DNA from: Abditibacteriales bacterium
Lineage (GTDB): Bacteria; Armatimonadota; Abditibacteriia; Abditibacteriales; JANWYM01
Assembly: GCA_025055355.1 (NCBI GenBank)
Contig: JANWYM010000071.1
Coordinates: 1 to 11,997, forward strand
Reading direction: 5' to 3'
DNA: 11,997 bases
In this document: one piece after another, positions 6,610 through 11,997 of the stretch
Position numbering within the stretch: the stretch's first letter is position 1
How the letters are laid out: each line of letters begins with the position of its first letter
Program-made: the position numbers and the translations under genes
The notes under the pieces: generated by a model
Database searches by the model: none
The model's input: the letters and a program-made list of their open reading frames with translations, nothing else
What the model was told of the DNA's origin: nothing

Positions 6610-7290
6610 ATGAAACCTTTGCCAGTTGTGTTTGCGATCGCCTCGGTGTTGCTGCTCGCGGCGCGGGGAGTGTGGAGCCAAGTCGAAGGGTTCAAGGTTG
6701 AAGTCTCCAAGGCTGCTGCGCCCGCCGATTTGCCAGAGAACATCAAGAAAATGTTGAGCCGTGACTGTTTCAAGGTGTCCGGCGCGGACGGAAAAGTTTT
6801 GGCGGAAATCTGGTGGGGGAATGCGGTCACAGCGCGAGAGTTACCCATCAAGCACGGCGACAACATGCAGGTTCTCTTTGGTCTTCCTGAGGGCGCGTTT
6901 CTGGGCGTCCTGCGGCTGCACAAAGCCGCCGTTGACTACAAAGGGGGCGGCGTCAAGGAGGGTGTTTTCACGATGCGCTACCTGACGCAGCCCGCCGACG
7001 GCAACCACCTCGGCACGGCTCCGTTCAACGACTTCGCCGTTCTGTTCCTTCCCAAGAACGACCCCGGCACGCCCGACGGCGACCGCGATGCGCTCATCAA
7101 GGTTGCCCTGACGCAAGCCGCGCATCCGTTTGCGATGGGACTGGCGGTTCCCAAGATGGACACCGCTTGCCCGTCACTGGCAAAAGGCGAAGAGAATAAC
7201 CTCGTCGTTTTCTGCAAGTTCACGGCGAAGGCAGGGGACAAGACGGAGGAAGTGAAAGTGGGTCTGATGCCGGGGTTTAAGGTGAAGTAG
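6610..7290 (+). CDS. Secreted hypothetical protein (226 aa) with an N-terminal signal peptide
   Basis: MKPLPVVFAIASVLLLAARGVWSQ is a typical signal-peptidase-I signal (K, hydrophobic core, A-x-x-W-S-Q). A GGGAGGA RBS lies upstream. No recognisable catalytic motif. Codon usage is consistent with neighbouring genes. Confidence 0.7.
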   Translation: MKPLPVVFAIASVLLLAARGVWSQVEGFKVEVSKAAAPADLPENIKKMLSRDCFKVSGADGKVLAEIWWGNAVTARELPIKHGDNMQVLFGLPEGAFLGVLRLHKAAVDYKGGGVKEGVFTMRYLTQPADGNHLGTAPFNDFAVLFLPKNDPGTPDGDRDALIKVALTQAAHPFAMGLAVPKMDTACPSLAKGEENNLVVFCKFTAKAGDKTEEVKVGLMPGFKVK

Positions 7291-7309
7291 CGGCACGTGG
7301 AGACAGGGA

Positions 7310-7334
7310 GGCGTATGAAAGTCCCTCATACGCC
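7310..7334 (+). terminator. Intrinsic terminator candidate for the 6610-7290 gene: 9-bp perfect stem ggcgtatga/tcatacgcc with a 7-nt loop
   Basis: Begins 20 nt after the TAG at 7288-7290. The stem is followed by cacacTTTCTcag, a modest U-tract. Confidence 0.45.
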
Positions 7335-7424
7335 CACACTTTCTCAGAGCCTCTCCGAAAAACCCTCGGACGCCTCAACCCGTTGAGGGAAGCGGAAAGA
7401 GATGACGGCAACCGCGTAAATCTC

Positions 7425-7608
7425 GCTCTAAACTTTTGCGTTTCGCGCTTTTCTCCCTCCCTGCTGCAGGAAAACGTCATGGCGAGCGGAGCGAAGCCAT
7501 CCCCCTACGGCGGAGATGGCGGCAGCGGCGGGGATGGCTTCGCTCCGCTCGCAATCACAGGCATTTCCGCGGAAAGGGCAAAGCGCAAAAGTTGAGTCTG
7601 GCTCTAAA
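7425..7608. repeat. ~170-bp nested palindromic intergenic element: 23-bp perfect inverted repeat (7482-7504 / 7530-7552, 25-nt loop), 10-13-bp outer inverted repeat (aacttttgcg 7431-7440 / cgcaaaagtt 7584-7593) and 8-bp direct repeats gctctaaa (7425-7432, 7601-7608)
   Basis: gcgagcggagcgaagccatcccc pairs with ggggatggcttcgctccgctcgc as exact reverse complements. The outer arms and flanking direct repeats were read directly. It sits between the convergent genes ending at 7290 (+) and 7604 (-). On the minus-strand RNA the big stem is followed by CAUGACGUUUUCC, so it could act as the M50 gene terminator. Confidence 0.6.
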
Positions 7609-8305
7609 TCGCCAGCGACCTCTTTGCCGCGAATCGCTTCTGCTCCGTGCGGCTGGCGAAGTAAAGCGTGAACCCCAACACGCCCAACGCTATCAGGAAC
7701 CACAGCCCGCCCCAGACCATCGCAGGGATGCCCGTCATTTGAGCGAGCATGGTAGCGTCCGACTGGATGGAGGAGGAGTAGGGACTCAGCAGGTCTTCCT
7801 TGATGTCCAAAACGACGTAGAGGCAACTGGTAAAGCCTAAGAACCTGAGGATAAAATCGTTGACGGATTCGGGCGCTTTCAACGCCAACCCCAGCATCAC
7901 CGCACCCACCACCAGACCGAACACAAAACCAAACGCATTAAGCGTCAGCGGCACAAAGCGCACCGTCACGAACAGCAGGATGAGACCTAACGCTCCCATC
8001 AACGGACGATCGTTGTTCAACCGTGAGGCAGCAAGCAGAATGGCACTGCCCCAAACCATGCTGCCGAGATAGCCCGCGCTCAACGTGAGAAAGCCTGAAC
8101 CGCCCCACGTGTAGGTCACACCACTGAGGTCGCTGTTGACCTGAATGTTCTGAATGCCTCCACCTGTTAGCACCGCCGCCAAACCGTGGCTGATTTCGTG
8201 GAAGAACACTACGAAAACCTTGATGGGATAAATCACCACCGTGTCCCACAGAAAAAACACCCCCACGAACATCGCCACGAACAGCAGAAGATTTTTCCAG
8301 TTCAT
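7604..8305 (-). CDS. Small integral-membrane zinc metallopeptidase, Peptidase_M50B-like (HExxH in a TM helix), 233 aa
   Basis: HEISHG motif (FFHEISHGLAAVLTGG) embedded in a hydrophobic segment. About 6 predicted TM helices. AGGAGG RBS upstream of the ATG at 8303-8305. Confidence 0.7.
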   Translation of the reverse strand: MNWKNLLLFVAMFVGVFFLWDTVVIYPIKVFVVFFHEISHGLAAVLTGGGIQNIQVNSDLSGVTYTWGGSGFLTLSAGYLGSMVWGSAILLAASRLNNDRPLMGALGLILLFVTVRFVPLTLNAFGFVFGLVVGAVMLGLALKAPESVNDFILRFLGFTSCLYVVLDIKEDLLSPYSSSIQSDATMLAQMTGIPAMVWGGLWFLIALGVLGFTLYFASRTEQKRFAAKRSLAI

Positions 8306-8382
8306 CCAATACGCCTCCTGTCACGAATGAAACGCCACTGGCTTTGACGTTAAACGCGGGGGCGGGTTGCGGCGATTCCGTT

Positions 8383-9402
8383 TTACATCGTCCTTCCCGT
8401 CGCCGCCACGAACGGTTGCAGTTCTCTCATCAGTTGCTCGAACTTGTCAATCCGCAAACTCTGCGGACCGTCTTTGAGGGCTTGGGCGGGGTCGGGGTGG
8501 ACTTCGATGATGAGACCGTCCGCCCCGCAGGCAACAGCCGCTTTTGCCATCGGCGCGACGAGATACCATCTGCCCGTCCCTTGTGAAGGGTCAACGATGA
8601 CGGGCAGGTGCGACTCGCGCTTGACGACCGCCACGGCGCTTAAGTCCAGCGTGTTGCGGGTGGCGGTTTCGTAGGTGCGGATGCCGCGCTCGCACAGAAT
8701 GACGTTGGGGTTGCCCTGGTCGAGAATGTATTCCGCCGCCAGCAGCCACTCTTCAATCGTCGAAGCCCAGCCGCGCTTGAGGAGGACGGGTTTGCGCGTC
8801 TGCCCGACGGCTTTGAGCAAATCGTAGTTCTGCGCGTTGCGCGTGCCGATTTGCAGGATGTCGGCATATTCGGCGACCAAGCCCACTTTGTCGGGACTCA
8901 TCACTTCCGTCACCACCGGCAGCCCGGTCTCGCGCCGCGCCTCCGCGAGGAGTTTCAGACCCTCTTCGCCCAAGCCCTGAAAATCGTAAGGCGAGGTGCT
9001 GGGCTTGTAGGCGCCACCACGCAGGATGTGCGACCCCGTTCGCTTCACGGCGCGGGCGGTGGTCAGCAATTGCTCCCGCGTTTCCACGGTGCAAGGTCCC
9101 GCCATGACCACAAAGCGTTTGGCGTCGCCGACGGGAACGCCGCGCACGTTCACTACCGTGTCTACTGGCTTCCAATCGCGGCTGGTCTGCTTGTAGCGCT
9201 TCATGATGGGGACCACGTCCTCCACGCCTGGCAGCGAGCGGAAATGGTCAAAGTGGTTCTGCGACGGCTTCCAGCCGATGACGCCGACGATGGTTCGCTC
9301 CTCCCCCACGATGCACGAGGTGCGATAGCCACATCGCTCGACTTCCTCCCTCACCGCCTGAATCTGCTCTTGCGTGACGCCTTTGCTCATGACAATAACC
9401 AT
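8383..9402 (-). CDS. 3-deoxy-7-phosphoheptulonate (DAHP) synthase, class I-beta (AroA(G)/Thermotoga-type) with an N-terminal ~75-aa regulatory domain; 339 aa
   Basis: Catalytic core motifs [47 protein letters not shown] and [10 protein letters not shown], typical of KDO8PS-like DAHP synthases. The N-terminal extension ([32 protein letters not shown]...) resembles the ferredoxin-like allosteric domain. GAGGGGG RBS upstream of the ATG at 9400-9402. Confidence 0.9.
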   Translation of the reverse strand: MVIVMSKGVTQEQIQAVREEVERCGYRTSCIVGEERTIVGVIGWKPSQNHFDHFRSLPGVEDVVPIMKRYKQTSRDWKPVDTVVNVRGVPVGDAKRFVVMAGPCTVETREQLLTTARAVKRTGSHILRGGAYKPSTSPYDFQGLGEEGLKLLAEARRETGLPVVTEVMSPDKVGLVAEYADILQIGTRNAQNYDLLKAVGQTRKPVLLKRGWASTIEEWLLAAEYILDQGNPNVILCERGIRTYETATRNTLDLSAVAVVKRESHLPVIVDPSQGTGRWYLVAPMAKAAVACGADGLIIEVHPDPAQALKDGPQSLRIDKFEQLMRELQPFVAATGRTM

Positions 9403-9426
9403 TGCGATTCCCCCTCAAAATAAAGA

Positions 9427-9459
9427 AAAGTCATGGGATTCGTTGACTCCCATGACTTT
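9427..9459 (-). terminator. Attenuator terminator hairpin (hp2): 12-bp perfect stem aaagtcatggga/tcccatgacttt with a 9-nt loop, followed on the mRNA by UCUUUAUUUU and then the DAHP-synthase RBS and start
   Basis: Minus-strand RNA reads ...GAAAGUCAUGGGAGUCAACGAAUCCCAUGACUUU-UCUUUAUUUUGAGGGGGAAUCGCA-AUG. This is a canonical intrinsic terminator immediately upstream of the structural gene. Confidence 0.7.
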
Positions 9460-9490
9460 CGGTTGTTCCGAAACGGCGCCAGAAAAACGA

Positions 9491-9519
9491 AAGCCATGGG
9501 ATTCATGCGCCCATGGCTT
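9491..9519 (-). promoter_or_regulatory. Upstream attenuator hairpin (hp1): 10-bp stem aagccatggg/cccatggctt with a 9-nt loop, followed by a U6 tract. Its 3' arm can pair with the 5' arm of hp2 (antiterminator)
   Basis: The hp1 3' arm on the RNA is CCCAUGGCUUUCG. The hp2 5' arm is CGAAAGUCAUGGG. The two are complementary over 13 positions with one G-U. The hp1 5' arm (GAAGCCAUGGGCGC) can alternatively pair with leader codons 23-26 (GCGCUCAUCGGCUC, window 9553-9567), with one bulge. Confidence 0.6.
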
Positions 9520-9547
9520 CCGCGACGGTTCAGGCTGTGCGATACCC

Positions 9548-9631
9548 TCACGCGAGCCGATGAGCGCCCGACGCGAAGTAAAATCGCCAAGCCCAGTATC
9601 CGCCGACTTGTCTGAGTTGTCGCGTGCTCAT
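9548..9631 (-). CDS. Leader peptide (27 aa) MSTRQLRQVGGYWAWRFYFASGAHRLA, with a run of Tyr/Trp/Phe codons (UAC UGG GCU UGG CGA UUU UAC UUC); attenuation leader for DAHP synthase
   Basis: ATG at 9629-9631 with GAGGGA 6 nt upstream. Stop UGA at 9548-9550. It sits ~30 nt downstream of the predicted TSS from a perfect consensus promoter. It is the C-terminal 27 codons of the ORF-track frame 9548..9934. The longer N-terminal extension would span the promoter and is rejected. Confidence 0.6.
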   Translation of the reverse strand: MSTRQLRQVGGYWAWRFYFASGAHRLA

Positions 9632-9664
9632 CGTTGTCCCTCGCAAGGATTTCGCTTGGGGTTG

Positions 9665-9710
9665 ATTATAGCCTGTTATTTGAAAACTGTCAAGAACATG
9701 ACAAAAAAAA
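9665..9710 (-). promoter_or_regulatory. Consensus sigma-70 promoter for the leader + DAHP synthase operon: -35 TTGACA (revcomp 9688-9693), 17-bp spacer, -10 TATAAT (revcomp 9665-9670), with an upstream T8 tract (revcomp of 9701-9710 A-run), UP-element-like
   Basis: Minus-strand sequence reads TTTTTTTTGTCATGTTCTTGACAgttttcaaataacaggcTATAATcaacccc. Both hexamers are perfect consensus. Confidence 0.75.
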
Positions 9711-9827
9711 TCCTTAGCCTTAAGAGCCGCTGGGATACGATTGGAGGAAATCGGGCTGGCAGGGACGTGCCGCCCCTCCTGCCCCCGCGGTTTTTGACGC
9801 CAAGAAAAAACCATGCGCCCGCTGCCA

Positions 9828-10601
<774 letters not shown>

Positions 10602-10610
10602 GTTCTCTCC

Positions 10611-10683
10611 TACTCCTCCGAAAATCGTCCTCGTCCTCGTCCTCGAACCTCACGAACAACCGACGACGAGGACGATTTTCATG
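10611..10683. repeat. Copy B of the structured repeat family: 16-bp stem gaaaatcgtcctcgtc (10620-10635) / gacgaggacgattttc (10665-10680) with a 29-nt loop containing CCTCGAACCTCAC. On the minus strand it abuts the SDR gene RBS
   Basis: Arms are perfect reverse complements. The minus-strand RNA reads G-AAAAUCGUCCUCGUC-[loop]-GACGAGGACGAUUUU-C-GGAGGAG-uaggagagaac-AUG, so the hairpin base is 1 nt from the Shine-Dalgarno of the SDR gene. Confidence 0.7.
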
Positions 10684-10741
10684 CGGCGTGGTGTCTCGTT
10701 CGGGACAGGAACAACTCCCTTGACAATAACCACCCTCGCCC

Positions 10742-10806
10742 TCCCGAAGCGTCCTCGTCGTCTTCATCCTCGAACCTCACAAACGACCAACAACGAGGAG
10801 GATTTT
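10742..10806. repeat. Copy C of the structured repeat family (a more degenerate tandem duplicate of copy B), lying just after the glutamine-synthetase stop on the minus strand
   Basis: The 40-nt core cctcgaacctcacaaacgaccaacaacgaggaggattttg (10768-10807) is 35/40 identical to copy B cctcgaacctcacgaacaaccgacgacgaggacgattttc (10641-10680). The 5' arm cgtcctcgtcgtc is degenerate. It lies between the glnA-family stop (10814) and copy B. Confidence 0.65.
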
Positions 10807-10813
10807 GCCCCGT

Positions 10814-11997
10814 TCACACGCGTTCAAAATACCGCTGCCGCTCCCAGCAGGTCACGACCTCATCGAACTTCCGCTGCTCGGTGCGGGCGAAGTGCAAGTA
10901 GTGTTCAACCACCTCTTCGCCGAACGCCTGTCGCGCCAGGGCGCTGCTCTCAAAGGCGCGAATCGCTTCGTTCAAACTCTTCGGCACCTGCGGCAAGCCC
11001 TGGGCGGCGTAAACGTCGCCGTCAAAATGCGCAGGCGGTTCGATCTGATTGGCGATGCCATCCAGCCCCGCCGCTAAGGTTGCTGCAAACGCCAGGTAGG
11101 GATTCGCGTCCGCGCCGGGGATGCGACATTCAATCCGCAGCGCGTTGCCGTGCCCTACAACGCGAAATCCCGCCGTGCGGTTGTCGTAACTCCACGCGAT
11201 TGCCGTTGGTGCGAATGTCCCCGCCTGATACCGTTTGTAGGAGTTGACGTTCGGCGCGTAGAACAAAGCGAACTCGCGGGCGTGCGCCATCCAGCCGCCC
11301 AAGAACCAGCGGAAAATGTCGGAACAGTTCACCGTCCCCATCACCACGTCGCCGGGGAACAAGTTGCATTTGCCCTCGGCGTCCCACAAACTCGCGTGCA
11401 GGTGCATTGAAGAGCCCGCCATCTTCTCGTCCCACTTCGCCATGAACGTAATCGCCATCCCCTGCTGCAACGCGATTTCTTTCGCGGCGTGTTTGTAAAT
11501 GACGTGACGGTCTGCCGTCTCCAGAAAGTCGCCGTAGCGCAGGTTGATTTCGTGCTGCCCCGGTCCCCACTCGCCCTTGCTGAACTCGATGGGAACGCCC
11601 GAACGTTCCATCGCCCAGCGAATCCGCCCCACCAAGTCCTCGACCTTTGTGCCTTGCAAAATGTGATAGTCTTCGACATACCATCCGCTCGTTTGCAGGT
11701 CGTGATAACGCTTCTGATGCGCGGATGCGTAAGTCTCCTTGAAGATGAACAACTCCAACTCCGAACCGCCCATAGGCAGATAGCCCATCGCACGCGCTCT
11801 GTCCATCTGCTTCTTCAGAATGTTGCGCGGGGCGACGCTGACGGGAACATCTTGCTCTTCATCGAGCACGTCGCACAGCACCAGCGCCGTTTTGTCCAGC
11901 CACGCGGCGCGGCGCAGCGTTTTCACGTCGGGGAGGCAGCGGAAGTCACCGTAGCCCGACTGCCAACTGGTGAACTTGTAGCCAGGCACGGGGTCCA
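10814..11997 (-). CDS. Glutamine synthetase family protein (GlnA / gamma-glutamyl-polyamine synthetase-like), partial: the N-terminus runs beyond the window end
   Basis: GS signature regions KWDEKMAGSSMHLHASL, NVNSYKRY, RIECRIPGADANPYLAFAATLAAGLDGI and FKETYASAHQ. The first in-window start candidate is the GTG at 11987-11989, but the reading frame stays open to the window edge and ~40-60 N-terminal residues of the beta-grasp domain are missing. Confidence 0.85.
   Translation of the reverse strand, partial: DPVPGYKFTSWQSGYGDFRCLPDVKTLRRAAWLDKTALVLCDVLDEEQDVPVSVAPRNILKKQMDRARAMGYLPMGGSELELFIFKETYASAHQKRYHDLQTSGWYVEDYHILQGTKVEDLVGRIRWAMERSGVPIEFSKGEWGPGQHEINLRYGDFLETADRHVIYKHAAKEIALQQGMAITFMAKWDEKMAGSSMHLHASLWDAEGKCNLFPGDVVMGTVNCSDIFRWFLGGWMAHAREFALFYAPNVNSYKRYQAGTFAPTAIAWSYDNRTAGFRVVGHGNALRIECRIPGADANPYLAFAATLAAGLDGIANQIEPPAHFDGDVYAAQGLPQVPKSLNEAIRAFESSALARQAFGEEVVEHYLHFARTEQRKFDEVVTCWERQRYFERV

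Noticed and set aside
7425-7608. Interpretation of GCTCTAAA direct repeats as a bona fide target-site duplication of a MITE
   Set aside because: The left repeat abuts the inverted repeat whereas the right is 7 nt away, and the right copy overlaps the M50 stop codon. The evidence is suggestive only. It is retained as a hypothesis in the findings rather than called as a mobile element.
10611-10806. Glutamine riboswitch (glnA RNA motif) identity for the repeats, given their proximity to a GS gene and a small ORF
   Set aside because: I could not match the repeat to the glutamine-riboswitch consensus (E-loop/pseudoknot) from memory. The elements look like simple long hairpins. This is kept only as an untested idea and needs a covariance-model search.

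Overview
GC-rich bacterial chromosomal segment (housekeeping, not an obvious island). All genes but one are on the minus strand. From left to right: (1) the first ~1080 codons of an AddB/RexB-type helicase-nuclease subunit that runs off the window start; (2) an SPFH/band-7 (stomatin/prohibitin-like) membrane protein; (3) a minus-strand tRNA cluster Asp(GTC) – Glu(TTC)-like (imperfect stems) – His(GTG, G-1 encoded) – Ala(TGC), all with encoded CCA, separated by spacers full of short GTTCA-type tandem repeats; (4) a strong bidirectional-looking intrinsic terminator, a small ORF/sRNA unit and thioredoxin reductase (trxB) with a near-consensus promoter; (5) a plus-strand secreted hypothetical protein converging on a small M50B-type membrane metallopeptidase, with a ~170-bp nested palindromic element between them; (6) a class-I-beta DAHP synthase preceded by what looks like a classic ribosome-mediated attenuator: a consensus sigma-70 promoter, a 27-aa leader peptide with a Y-W-A-W-R-F-Y-F run, and two tandem terminator-like hairpins that can pair alternatively; (7) an SDR-family oxidoreductase; (8) a glutamine-synthetase-family gene that runs off the window end. 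The most interesting unexplained signal is a family of three structured ~70-80-nt palindromic repeats (5'-GAAAATCGTCCTCGTC...CTCGAACC...GACGAGGACGATTTTC-3'), each sitting immediately 5' of or just after minus-strand genes. Two long perfect palindromes (23-bp and 25-bp arms) are also present, one inserted in-frame inside addB. No CRISPR, IS elements or rRNA were seen.
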